DNA of 64,000 nucleotides from assembly GCF_009914755.1 (NCBI RefSeq), contig NC_060945.1. One strand, 5' to 3'. Below are positions 14,091 to 28,766 of this stretch, one piece after another (position 1 is the stretch's first letter; each line of letters opens with the position of its first letter). The notes beneath the pieces were generated by a model that did no database searches, was not told the origin of the DNA, and saw only the letters and a list, made by a program, of their open reading frames with translations. Both the position numbers and the translations under genes were made by a program. This DNA comes from the human T2T-CHM13v2.0 reference genome, Homo sapiens.

Positions 14091-14475
14091 GAAGTGAATT
14101 TTTTTTTTTTGCTTTGTATTTGCCACACTGTAGCTGATCGACCTGAGAAACAAAAGAGTACTGCTACTAACGGAACCCAAGCTCTGAGTTGTCTCAAGTT
14201 TCCTCTTTTCCTGTTTTTCTCAGGTAGAGTTTCTCTCCTTTAGCTCATTCTGTCCTGAGAGAAACACCACTCCCGGATGTTGACCCATCTATAGCAGGAA
14301 TTCTCCAAGTGTGGCCCCTCCCCGGCCAGGCACGGGTCTGGGAGGAAGCCGGCAAGAAGAACCAGCCTGCTTTGGGTTTTCACCTGGAAAAGAGGCAGAG
14401 TTATGTTGATTTTAGTTTGTGTAAAGCAATGAGCTATTTGCCTATAGCCTATGAAATAAATTATTAAAGATTACA

Positions 14476-14804
<329 letters not shown>

Positions 14805-15346
14805 CTAGCTAAAATGAGCAGCCTGCTACTTTACAAAAAATTCCAAAGTGGCCCCGACGGTGCCCCGAGCGCTTCCCGCTTCTCCCTTGTTCATGAAGCT
14901 GCCTCATATCCCGGGAACTAGGCCACACTGGCCATTAAAGACACCGTCCTATGAGAAAATCCATAGACAATTTAACAATGTGGATTAGTCCGATCTTTAC
15001 TTAAAATATAAAATGTGTTAATTTCATGACACACATTAGAAAGGTCAGAGGTTGTGTGTATATAAATTCCAATTTGCCACATTGTTTTTTTCCCCAAGCT
15101 CTCATTTGATGAAGCCATTTCATTCTAACTCTCCTTGCCTCTATGACATGCAGTCTTCTTGTCACAGACGTGCCTTTTGAGCTAATCTTTTCCAAGAGAA
15201 CATTATAAGGTCTTCAGTTTCCCCTAATTTCTTTGAGCTCTGCTGACTTCAAGATACTGTTGCTGGAAACTTTATCCCTAGCTATAAGTACTATTTATAC
15301 AACATTAGAACATTGTTTCTTTTTCATTCCTTTTGTAAGAGAATTT

Positions 15347-15655
<309 letters not shown>

Positions 15656-15713
15656 TGTAAGAGAATTTACACAACATAGACAACCTATTGCTCTTAATGT
15701 GGTCTTTACATGG

Positions 15714-15797
15714 CTTTTTTTTTTTTATATATATGGAGTCTCACTCTGTCACCCAGGCTGGAGTGCAGTGGCGTGATCTCGGCTCACTGCAACCTCC
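15714..15797 (-). mobile_element. 5'-truncated Alu (3' ~85 bp)
   Basis: poly(T)-GGAGTCTCACTCTGTCACCCAGGCTGGAGTGCAGTGG..GCAACCTCC; diverged TSD ACA(T/A)GGCTT. Confidence 0.9.
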
Positions 15798-17267
15798 AAC
15801 AAGGCTTATTTTTAACACCCTACACCTCTGAATATGAGGTCATACCTCCTGGAATAATTCAATCAGTGTTAAGTATCTTTTCTTCTTTATCTACTGTTAG
15901 TGATTCACCCCCTTGGCTACTCTGGACGTCCCCAGCAAGCACAGATTGAGGTCAATCCAGGCTACTGTGCCTCCTGGAAAAAGAAACTGGCCTTTTGTAG
16001 AAAAGCTATTGATGTTATGTTTCACAATAAAAACATGAGTTTAAAAAGCAAGTATAAGAATGCCTTATAAAAGACTTCATGAGAATTTAAGTGGAAAGCA
16101 ACCTACTAATCTCTTAGAAGGTTATTTTTTGAGGGGGAAGAATATTTAGGAACATATTCAGTGATTGTGATTGCTGAAGATTTTCAATTTGTGGTATCAT
16201 TAGTGTTGTTTTGAGTTGGCTGTGGTTTTCCATTGCTGCTTCATGCTTTCTGCTTATAAATTACTCTTAATATCAGTCTTAGTATTATCAATTTGATTTT
16301 ACTCTTGAGTTAACAAATTGTTAATCAATTTGTGTTGTTTGGTTAACTCAGGAGTAATATGTTAATAGAACTGTCTAGGATTTTCCTGTAACTAAGCCTG
16401 GAGCCTTGTACCATTGGAGGTCACATGTGCTACCTGAACTTTCTCTGCCAGATAAACATAGTGGATGCAGCCTAATCCCTACAGGCCTTATTCAGGCATT
16501 AACAATCTGCTGCCTGTAAATCTGCACACATGAAAATATAGGCAAAATTTTCTCACAGTAAGTATATTAAAACTATCATATTATTTGTAACTGTATAGAG
16601 TGTTGTTCATAATTCAAGTAATATATATAAGTCGATATTCTCTTCTAATTGAAGCATAAATAAGTCATTCATAAACATTTCTAGGGCAAGTTGAATATTT
16701 CCTTGTCTCCATTTTGTTGTTATCACAAAATTCTTTTTCTGATGCAGCATGAACATGGGTAGATACTGGCAAACCTCTAGGTCTTTTGCTCTAATTTAGT
16801 TCACTGTGATCAAGGAAGATTCTGAATTAGTTGATCTCTAAATTCTATCTAGTTTTGATTTCTAGGCACTCAGGAGAGGTATGCAGTGGGGTGTGTGCAA
16901 CTGTGCACTCTCATGCACACAAGCTCACCCACTCAAGTTACATGTATACATATGCAGGAAGGCACAAGTACATACATGTACACATAGACACACACTTTCA
17001 CACAGGCACCCCTGTCATCCTTTGTTTTCTTTTCAGCAATTCCATTCTCCAGTTCAAGATTCACCCAGCAAGAGTGAGGACACTTCAGTCTCTACTGATG
17101 GTAGAAAGGGAGGAAGAGAGAAGGAAAGGGAGTGAAGAATCATTGAAAGTTTCATGTGTTCCATTAAATAATCATATTTTTGTAGTCATATAGACTGATC
17201 TGAAATGGTTCTCTCATTTCTCATTTCTTTTCTCTCATTTCTCTTCTCAGGAAATAAAAATGACTTA

Positions 17268-17671
<404 letters not shown>

Positions 17672-18119
17672 TCAGAGCAATCCCCCAGCCCTCACAATGG
17701 TCAGACTTTGACTCATGGACAAAGCAGGTTGGGAGGAGCTGGTCACAGAGCTGTGCCTAAACCAGGCCAGCCGCCTCCCCACTTGGTGTGAATGACACAC
17801 CATCTCATTCAATCTTTCAAGCAGTGTTCTGTCTTTTAGTTCTGGCTCAGGTAAGGGAACTGAGGGCGTTTTGGGTCTGGATAATTGTCTTGGGTCTGGA
17901 GACCGACGAAGGTTTTTAGGGGCCATTACTTTCAAATAACAAATGCCTTCTGAACTGTAAATTTCTGTAGACTGCCAAGCAGCACAGCAAAGGGGAATGC
18001 ACAGCAATCATCCAAATACACTCTCAGGTTCACCACTTCATCCTCTGTCCTCCCAAACTTAGCAGAAATGGCAAGGTCTCCCTAGAGGATGGTTCTCAGC
18101 TCTAGAGAATCTAAGCCAA

Positions 18120-18995
18120 CCATTGAAATTCCAGCTTCCTTGAGAGTAAGTGGTCAGAGCCCCCAGGTCTAAGCCAATCAACACAAGGCATTTCCACGGT
18201 AGCCAGGAATCGGCTCAGAAATGGACAGGAGACCAATTAAAGCCAATGAAACAGCGGGGAGGTTGGCTGGAAGCTGCTGGAAAAAAAATCCCTTGCTCTG
18301 TAAAGGGAAGACGTCTTTCTCTGTCACTAAATGTTACCATGTGTATACACTATGACTGCTGTGGCCATCTGTCAACCAAAAACTTTTAGGATGAAGCTTA
18401 GAGACATAAAAATACCTTGATATTTGGTGACCTTTTAAACTAATCAAAGTCCCAGTAAATGGTACATTGAAATTGGGAAAATTTAGGGAAAGTTTAATAA
18501 AGTGACTGTTTTAAAAGGTGTAGAATGGATAAGGGAAGTACTTGCTTGAAGTTAGTGAATGTGGGAGGAGGTGTCCCCATCCTGTTCTCCACCACCAAGT
18601 TCTGAAAGGGGAGTTGGGAGGTACCTTCCCAGAACCTGAAGACCGAGAGCCTCATGGATAGGCCTTCTGGGAGGAGGCTGCACCAGCCTGGTGGTGGGGG
18701 TGCCTACAGGAAGACAGCTAGGGAAATAAATACCCAAACTCACTTTGCTTTCTACTGTGATCACCTGCTGATGCTCCCCATTTGCTGAATTCAAATGGAA
18801 GTCTGTAAGGTCAGCTTGCTGGGACAGAGAGGGCTGCGGAGGCAACCTGGAAGGACAAGTGCAAGCTAGGCACACAGCCTCTTAGAGCAATCGGACACTG
18901 CTGGATTTGCAGTTGCATGAGGCTGTTAATTGCTTTATTTTAAAGACACTTTGAATTGCCATTTCTGCTTATTGCACTCAAAAGTATCTTAACAA
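18120..18995 (+). mobile_element. Old MaLR LTR (MLT1J/K-like), split by LTR33
   Basis: GGTCTAAGCCAATCA..GACCAATTAAAGCCAATGA..GCTGCTGG, and the terminal TTGCACTCAAAAGTATCTTAAC after the insertion. Confidence 0.55.
18445..18876 (-). mobile_element. LTR33 (ERVL) solo LTR
   Basis: GGGAAATAAATACCCAAACTCACT..GCTCCCCATTTGCTGAATTCAA..GGCACA resembles LTR33 in reverse. Confidence 0.65.
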
Positions 18996-19559
18996 TCATA
19001 GAGAAAATATTCTACATACAAAGCCATACTAAAAAATAAAAAATGTTATGGGTTAGGAAGGGAATGGATATACACAGAAGGGGCAGGCAGAACCCACAGA
19101 TGTAGAAATGGGCAGAGCCACCAGGATCCCAGCTCCTGAATGGGAAGGGGCATCTGTGGTGTGTGCTTCAGGAGCCTAGAGTCAGCCTCTTTAGGAAACA
19201 AAGAGTAGGAGCGGGACTTTGCTCCCAGGAGTAAAAGGCCAGGTTGCTTTGATAAGGACTGCTTGTCTGACCTTGGAAGAGGATGAAGTTCGAGGTGGAG
19301 TTAAACGCAGGCCTACCAGCCACAACAGAGAGGTGAGAGAAGAAGGAGAGCTAAACAAACCAAGCGATGGGAGCTTGCAAAAGAGTGTTTCAAAGCCGGG
19401 GGAAAAATACATGGCTTGAAAAAATTTACGATAAATGCGACAAATTGGAGAACGCTTCTGAGGAAATCTAAATGATAGACCAATCATCAGAGGATTTATT
19501 TAACTGTGTGTGATGTTCAAAGAGACGAAAGAAGGGACGACCACAGGAAAAAACAAAAA

Positions 19560-20206
19560 TAGGGTGCTGTGAACAGCTTGAGCAGCTATCAACATGAAGA
19601 CATGGATTAGATAAATGAAGGATTGGAGATTCTGAAAATAAAAAACTATAAATATTGAAATAAACAATAAACAAGTAAATGCAGTTAAAGCGAGAAACAG
19701 CAGATTGTACTAAGGAATTAATGCTAACAGGACAGAGAGACAAAGAAGTAAAAACATATGAAAGAGACAAAATAATATGGAAAATAATATAAGACACTCC
19801 AACATGCATCTAATAGACGTTCCAGAAGTAGAGAATACAGGAAATGGTGGAGGACATATGCGAATTATAATACCTGACAATTTTCCAAAATTGAAGATAG
19901 ACATGATTTTCCAAATAGAAAGATAACATTGGGAAACAAGGAGAATAAATAAAGATAAATTCATAGTCAGATGCAGTGCATTAAAAACGCAGGATATCAA
20001 GGAAAAAGAGAAAATCTAAAGGCTACTAGAGCAAAAAAGATTTAAAAAAAAACCTACACAAAGCTAGGAAGATTAGGCTAAGAGCTGACATCTCAACATT
20101 AAGAATGGAAGGTGGCTACTCAGGAGGCTGAGGCAGGAGGATGGCTTGAGCCCCAGGAGTTCAAGTCCAGCCTGGGCAACACAGTGAGACTGTGTCTTAA
20201 AAAAAG

Positions 20207-20241
<35 letters not shown>

Positions 20242-20410
20242 ATAGAGGAAGGTGGTGAATGAAAATATTCAAAAGTCAGAGGAAAATGACTTTCAATCTA
20301 GAATTCTGTAAACCACCAAATTTTTATTAAGATTGAATTCAAAATAAAGACTTCAGACTGAAAAAGACTTAAGAGTTTACCAGACAGACTTTTGATGAAA
20401 ACTATAAACA
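19560..20410 (+). mobile_element. Ancient L1M/HAL1 ORF1-like remnant containing an Alu monomer fragment (20113-20243) with an (AAAT)n tail
   Basis: TCCAACATGCATCTAATAGACGTTCCAGAAG..AATTTTCCAAAATTGAAG..TTCAATCTAGAATTCTGTA are L1 ORF1 hallmarks. Confidence 0.65.
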
Positions 20411-20551
20411 AGTAGTTCTCAACCTTGCGTGCCCATTAAAACCACCAGGACATTAAAAAATTCCAATATCCAGACCAAACCTAGATGCAGGAGGTGTTGC
20501 TTTTTGATCTTCCCAGGTGATTCCAGTGTTCAGCCAGGGTTGACATCACTG
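20410..20551. mobile_element. MER5A (hAT-Charlie) fragment
   Basis: AGTAGTTCTCAACCTTG..CCCAGGTGATTCCAGTGTTCAGCCAGGGTTGACATCACTG. Confidence 0.7.
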
Positions 20552-21299
20552 CTTCACCTAATTACTCCAGAAGAAGAAAACTTATTCAGAAGAGGTTACC
20601 AAGAGCACCAAAATCAGTCAACTGCCAGTTAACAATGAACTATTATTTGGGGATGGGATCCTCTGTGTGACAGTTTCATTGCTTGGTGTGAGGGTTTTTG
20701 AACAATTTGAATTTCATTTGTCTTTTTCTCTCCCAAGTGAGTTTTTCCTGTTCATTTTTCAAGTAACTTATATTTGTTTTGGGGGGAAGGGCCGGTTGGT
20801 GGCCTAATGTTATTCACATCAATGGACTGTAATCTCGCTGCACATTAGAAGCTAGTCCCTGTGGTTCCACTTTAATCTGTAAGCAATGAGGCTCACCTAC
20901 AGGAGTTGTCAAATCTCTCCAGGGGCAGCCAAGTTTGAGAACCACCGAATTAGTTCTCTGGGTCAAGGACACCAGAAGAAATGAAGAGGAGAAGGGAGCA
21001 TTGAGTCTACTGAGCAGTTGTGGAGACCCCTTAGAAAGCACAGCACTGAGTTCTTTAGAAGGTACAGAACTGGCTCATTTTCACAACTATCTTAGGTAAA
21101 GAATCAGTGCATTAAACAAATTATTGTTTTCTGAACAAATTGGCAATATCAAGAGTGTGTTGGTAATTTAGAAAATTGCTTATTTTTATTTCTTCTTGGC
21201 CTATTTCTACTATTCACATCTGGAACAGCCAGCTCATTCGAGGGTGTTGGTGGTTCAGAAATCTAATCTCAGCCAAGCTTTTTCTGGGGGGAATTTGGA

Positions 21300-21353
21300 T
21301 GAGTCAGTTTATCATTTGGTGCGGTTACTTCCTTAACTATGGTGGGGAAATCC
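21300..21353. promoter_or_regulatory. Dense TF motif cluster (AP-1, GATA, RUNX, ETS, kB-like)
   Basis: TGAGTCA 21300, TTATCA 21309, TGCGGTT 21320, ACTTCCT 21327, GGGGAAATCC 21344. Confidence 0.35.
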
Positions 21354-21854
21354 AACTAATCTTATACGTATGTGTGTTTTACAACGATTTGATACCACGC
21401 TCTGGGCAAGGCACTGGGTGGTTATTGGACGATAAGGTGATTGTATGGGGCTTCCTTGAAAGCCTAGTGACCTTCATTCAAGCATTTCATTTTAGTTCAT
21501 TTCAACAAGCATTACCTGGAGCGTCTGTTACACAGATGTCCTGAAGCCCAGGATGAGTAAGACACCATCCCTGCCCCGAAAATTGAAATCTGTCATAAAT
21601 AATTATTCTTGGAACAGGAGTTGCCAATGTGAATGCCTAGGGAACAAGACGGTGATGCTGTAAGTCCAGAAGGCAGTGAACAGGAAAAGGGTTATTTATG
21701 TGAGCACAAAAAGCAAGGCGCTCATTAACCCAGCTGTCTAAACAAGGGCATCTCCAAGTCGACTTCCGTGAGACCTTATCACTAAAATAAAAGCTGGCGA
21801 ACTTTGGAGGAATTAAAGCACTCCCTTCTAGAATCAAACTGCTGCCCAGCCTCT

Positions 21855-22030
21855 CAGGGTTTTCCACACTTTCATATGCATGAAAACCCCCAGCACGCTT
21901 GGTGTAAAATGCTGATTCCCTGGTCCTACCTGCACAGACGCTGCATCAGTGGGTCTGAGGCAGGGCCCGGGCATCTGCATTTTAAATCAGCTCCCAGGAA
22001 AATTGTTGCAGGGGTGGGTCACACTTTGTT
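21855..22030. mobile_element. MER5-family fragment
   Basis: AAAATGCTGATTCCCTGGTCC..GGGCCCGGGCATCTGCATTTTAAA..CACACTTTG. Confidence 0.7.
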
Positions 22031-22374
22031 AAACCTTGTGGGTGTGGGCACTTCTCCCTGCAGCTCCTTCCTCTAACAGCCGGGTGTGTCCTCTGGGTCC
22101 CTTCTGGCCGACCTCCTCTGGGCAAAAGTCACTTCTCTACTGACCTGAAATCTGCCACACAGCTCAGTAATGGCTCTGATAAACAGGGACATCTCATTTA
22201 TTGTTTCTTTCCTGGAACACTTTATGGTCATCAGTGAGCTGTCACCATGAGGGCTCATCCAGTCTCAAGGCAGAGAGCCTCCCCGGCAGTCAGCAGTGGC
22301 TCAGGGGCCCAGGTAGCAGTGTCCTGCTGGCAGGGTCAGGTGACTAGTCCCCTGCAGAGTCTCTAGGTAGGTGG

Positions 22375-22495
22375 GCTTTAGAGATCCTCTGGTTTGATTC
22401 TCTCATTTTACATGTGGAGAAACTGAGAAACCGAGGCTTTAGAAAGGCCATGTGCTTCCCTAGGTCCCAGCACTGAGGCAGAACCGGGCTCCACT
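22375..22495 (-). mobile_element. MIR fragment
   Basis: CTCTCATTTTACATGTGGAGAAACTGAG..AGGTCCCAGCAC. Confidence 0.65.
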
Positions 22496-22799
22496 AGGGC
22501 TTCCTGCTCCCTTCCTCTCTGCTCCAACCTGCTCCAGCCCCTTTATCCTCGCTTTACCAGATTCTGCCATGTTTGGGGATATTTGAGGAGTGCCACATTT
22601 TGCAGGATTCTCCATCAGCACAGAGTGCCTGTCGTGTGTCGACTCCCAAGGCCAGCACACCTGCACCATTGGATGTGCCTGAAGCCTGCCTCTATGGCCC
22701 TAGAGCAGTGTGGAGGGGACCCCAGCTTTCTCCCCACCTGGGGCAGGATCACTTGCCTGACTTGCAGGGGGATGGACGGCTGGTGCGCACTCTGTTGCG

Positions 22800-22800
<1 letters not shown>

Positions 22801-22871
<71 letters not shown>
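22801..22871. repeat. Compound (TC)n(AC)n microsatellite
   Basis: Direct inspection. Confidence 0.97.
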
Positions 22872-22872
<1 letters not shown>

Positions 22873-25250
22873 CCTCACAGATTAAGAGCACCATTGGATT
22901 GGTCTGCTCAGGCCAAGATCACAGTCAGAGGAGAGAAAGAAGCATGACCCATGATAGCATCACCGTCAACCATGAGGCATCATCACTGCCCCCAAAATAA
23001 CACAGACAAGGGAGGGCCAGGGACTCAGCTTTGGGGTCACCACCATGGGGGCCAGAATGAGCCTTCATCACCCGGGTTTGCAAGGTGTGGGCCAGAGGAG
23101 CACTAGCAGGCAAAGGCTGCAGTAGGACCGCCCAGGGAGCAGTGGCTTGAGCCGCCCAGACACAGAGACACGTGGCAGGCAGCATGTTGAATTTTAACCA
23201 GAATTTAATGTAGGCAGTTTTAACTTTTGCCTTAAAAGTAAGAAAATAAACTAAAAAAAAAATGAAAACAAAACAAACTACCACTCTACAGAATAGGAGA
23301 AGCGCCACACGGGCCTTCGGGCTCCACAAATGTGGCCTGGCCCGGCTCCTCCAGCCTCCCGGAGGGGGACAGCTGGCAGGCAGATCCTGGCCTGGAAGGT
23401 TCTGGAGGCAGCTCTCCTAAAGGAGTCATCTGTTCTGCCATTGAGTGGCCGTGTAATGCTCCCCAGCCCTGCGGTCACCCGGGGAAATCCCCTAGCAGGG
23501 AGCTGCGGCTGCTGTTCCCCTTCGGCCTGGAAGTTTGTCCAGGTTGGGGCAGCAATGGGGTGAATGGCCTGGAACCTGAATGTCCGAGGGCCTCGCCCAG
23601 CTGTACTTCCTCCTCTCACGTGGCCTCTCTGAGGAGTGAATTATGAAGTCATCCTCACTGCGGCCCCTCCACCACTCCAGCTCCTAAAGGGCTGGCTTGG
23701 TCAAGCTGCCTCGGAGGGTCACCAGCCTTGGGATACGACACCTGCAGGCGGTGGGCGCTGCCCTGGAGCCACGCCATTCCATCTGCTCCGACTCTGTCTC
23801 ACACTGTCTCCTTCCTCCCCTTCCTGGCCAAACTTCTCAAAATAGCATCTGCTGCTTAAAGCTTCTCACCACCTCCTCATCTGTAGTGCCCTGTAGCCTG
23901 GAGTCCACCTAGAACTCTACAACCAGTGCTCTAAGAAGGCCCATGCCCTCCCGTTTTCACCCACTGGCCCTGGTGTTGTTCTCACCCTCAGATTTTGGCA
24001 ACACATGCCCCTTCTTCAGATGGGCACCTTCTTTTGCCTTCTCTCCCACCGGGACACTCATTCCCCCTCCATGCCCCCAAGTACACACACCTGAGAAGTT
24101 TCCAGTTCTTTGCTCCGCATCTCTTCCCCTTTGGCACTCTGCGTGCTGCTGTCTGCCCCTTCTGAGGTGTCCAGATGAGCGATGCTCCATCTACCCTCTC
24201 TCCTAAGCTCCATCCAACAGCCTTGGGACCAGGAAGTTGGTCCTGCTGGGTCATTTGCAGAGTTGCTGGGGCACCTCAGAGAGAAACAAGATGGCGCAGG
24301 GGGCCATCAGCAGTGCACAGCCAAGTCTTCAGGTGACAGTGCTGAACAGGGGTCTCAGGGGAGCTGGAAGAAAAGTCTGTCCTTTAGGCCACTTGGCACA
24401 GCTCCAACCAGAGGTGACCCGCCTCCCACCTCCTGTTCTTCATCCTCCCCTTTGCTTCTTGACCTGCCTGAAGAAGACCCCTGGGTCTGGACAGCTGGGC
24501 CTCTGGCTGCCCCAGCAGGAAGCTCGTGGTCCTGGAGTCCTGGGAGTCCAGGCTGGAAGATGTTTACCCTCCAGTTGTCAAGCACCCTGGGTGTGTCCAG
24601 ATGGTGGAGGAGGAACTGGCTCTTGAAAGAAGATGTCCTTCCCATCTCTTCCCTCCCCAGCAATTTCTACTGAGTTCTAGGTGGACACCAGATGGCAAGA
24701 GGCAGAGTGCAGGGGGACGGTGAGAAGCTGCAGGTAGCGGATGTGATTTCGAGAAGTTTGACGGAAATGTAGGAAGGAGACCCTACGAGGACTGGAGGGA
24801 CCCATGAGTATGAGAAGGGGGCACGGAGAGATTGAAGGGGACGGGTCCTGAAAGAGCCCGGAGGACAGAGAGTCCGGCAAGTCCCAGGCGCTGCCCTCAC
24901 AATCCGATTGAGAGCCATGGAGGGGCTGCGGCAGCGGCTCAGGGTTGTGTTTAAAATTAGCTGGCAGAGTTCACTGCTGGGCATTGGGATGTCCTGCAAA
25001 TGGCTCAACACGCAGGACGCAGAGGCTTTTTCACAGAATTGTTTGGAGCCATGTGCCTCTCTCTCTCCTGAAATGAAAGATTTGGGAAAGGTGACAATGC
25101 TGAATTTTCTTCTTCCTCTCTAGATATTCTTTCTGCTACATTTGATGGAGCTTCCAGGAAAAAGTAGATAGTAACTAAAACTCTCTTTGATTTCAGACTT
25201 GATACATATTTTCAGCTTGAGAATCCTTATTTCTCTGTTTAGTAAAAGGT

Positions 25251-25732
<482 letters not shown>

Positions 25733-25780
25733 TCATCTCTCTGAGTCTCAGTTTCTTCCTGAACACCGTTAATCATTTCA

Positions 25781-26079
25781 GGCCTGGCATGGTGGCTCAT
25801 GCCTGTATTCCCAGCACTTTGGGAGGCCGTGGCAGAAAGATCACTTGAGCCCAGAAGTTCAAGACCAGTCTGGGCAATATGGTGAAACCCCAACTCTACA
25901 AAAATATACAAAAAAGTTAGCTGGGCATGGTGGTGCATCAGTAGTCCCAGCTACTCAGGAGGCTGAGGTGGGAGAATCGCCTGAGCCAGGGGAGGTCGAG
26001 GCTGCAGTGAGCCTTGATCCCACCACTGCACTCCAGCCTGGGCGACAGAGTGAGACCCTCTCTCAAAATAATAATAACA
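25781..26079 (+). mobile_element. Alu (AluJ)
   Basis: J diagnostics CTTGAGCCCAG and GAGGTCGAGGCTGCAGTGAGCC. Confidence 0.92.
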
Positions 26080-26907
26080 ATTAATTGTTCCAACAGTGCA
26101 GGAAATGCCTAGAATCGCACTCGCCCCACATGTTAACACCTTCCTGCATTCCCGCTGCATTTAGCAGACGGTTCAGTTTCTGTGGTGACCAGTGAGGCTT
26201 GTGAGTCACTTGTTCCGGAAAACTAGAGCAAAACGTTGCTCTCATATGCCTGGTTGTTTCCTTGTTGCTAAATCTTTTTTTTTTGTTTGTTTTTCGTTTT
26301 TTTTTACAGCTTTCTTCTCAACCGACATCTGGAAGCCATTCAGTGCTGCATACACTTCCTGCAGGCTGCCCCTCTGTTCTCTCGCCCTTCTCATCTCACG
26401 TGATTGATCACCTGACAAGCTACCTGGATTTCCTAGTGCCCCAGAGTTGCCCTCAATCAACACACAACACGTTCCCATGTGGAATCTTCACCAAGTGTTC
26501 ATTTCTTCCATTACAGGAAATAGTATTCTCTCCCTGTCCCCAAAACTTTGCAGTAAAGACCCCTGACAATCTAGTTCAAATGTCAGTCATGACACTGCTA
26601 GCTTTCTTTTTACAAGACTGTGTGAGTCCCCCTGCAAAAAAGTCAAACTGAATTTTATCACATGATATCTACTATAGTCCTTCAAGCAATTGTCACTGCA
26701 TCTTTTCAGTTATGGTTACCAAAGGTTGTGTTTAAAATTAGCTCGCAGAATTTACTGCTGGGTGTGGGGATGGCCTACAAATGACCCAAATGACCAAGAT
26801 TCAGTGTTGTTCAAATTGTGTATGTTCTGGAAAGGAGTCACTTTGTCTACTTGAACTTTAGAAGTTATTTACTAATGTTGCAGTGTGATACAATTGATCG
26901 TAATCTA

Positions 26908-27769
<862 letters not shown>

Positions 27770-28558
27770 TCAACTCTGGCCTCAAAGCTCTCCTTCCTTG
27801 ATGAGGTTTTCCCTGACCTCTCTGATGAGCTCACATCCCAGAGTTCATGCTTTTATAGCACCGCACATCCCTACAGTTGCTCTGGGGGATGAGCTGATGT
27901 CTGCCTGGTACCTCTAGGAGCCTGTCTCAGTGCCTGCTCTGTCCACCTGCTCCAGCCCAGGTGAGCCAGGCGTGGGCTGTGCCAAGTGAAGGCCTTGCCA
28001 TCCTCAGCACTTTGCAAGTTTATCACAGTGAGTTTACATAACTAGCCTGCAGAGGAGGCACCACCGCCAGCTCATTTTATGGGATGAGGAAATTGAGGCT
28101 TAAGGAGATTAAATATATTGTCCAAAGGCCAACAGATGATGAAGGATAGGTTTATCATCAAGCTAAATATTTTTCAATATTTCCTTAAATCAGATCTGGC
28201 TTCGACTGAGTTATCCAGACAATTGTCCCAGACTTGGCTTCCCTAGGGGCACCTCGAACCCTAATTTGTAATCCAGAGGGCAAAGGGGCCACAGAGTCTT
28301 TCAAGGTGGCTCCTGGAGATGAGGAGCCCAAGAGCTGACTTCCTGTTTCCTCCTCAGTCACCTGGGTGGGATTGGTTGGGGGAGTTGGAGAACAGCAATC
28401 AGGTCCCCCCCACCACCAGGAAGCCTTGCAGAGGGTAGGGCAATGGGGGACCCCGTCCCACTCAGAGGGAAAGCATGGTCTGCGTCCTGCCACAGGAAGG
28501 CAGCAGCTGAAGGCCAGGAAAGGGGAGGGAGTTTCCTTTGCTTCTCCAGCAAAACAGA

Positions 28559-28766
28559 ATGGATGGATGGATGGATGGGTGGGTGGATGGATGAATGGAT
28601 GGATGGATGGATGGATGGATGGATGGATGGATGGATGGATGGGTGGGTAGATGGATGGATGGGTGGATGGGTGGATGGATGGATGGATGGATGGATGGAT
28701 GGATGGATGGATGGGTGGGTGGGTGGATGGAAGGATGGATGGATGGATGGGTGAATGGATGGATGG
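28559..28766. repeat. (TGGA)n/(TGGG) tetranucleotide microsatellite
   Basis: Direct inspection. Confidence 0.97.

Noticed and set aside
17840-17850. 11-nt microexon-like segment (ttttag|TTCTGGCTCAG|gtaagg)
   Set aside because: Not frame-preserving and no host gene evident
24182-24673. 163-aa ORF and overlapping ORFs in GC-rich DNA
   Set aside because: No domain similarity, several frames open simultaneously, no convincing splice or Kozak context
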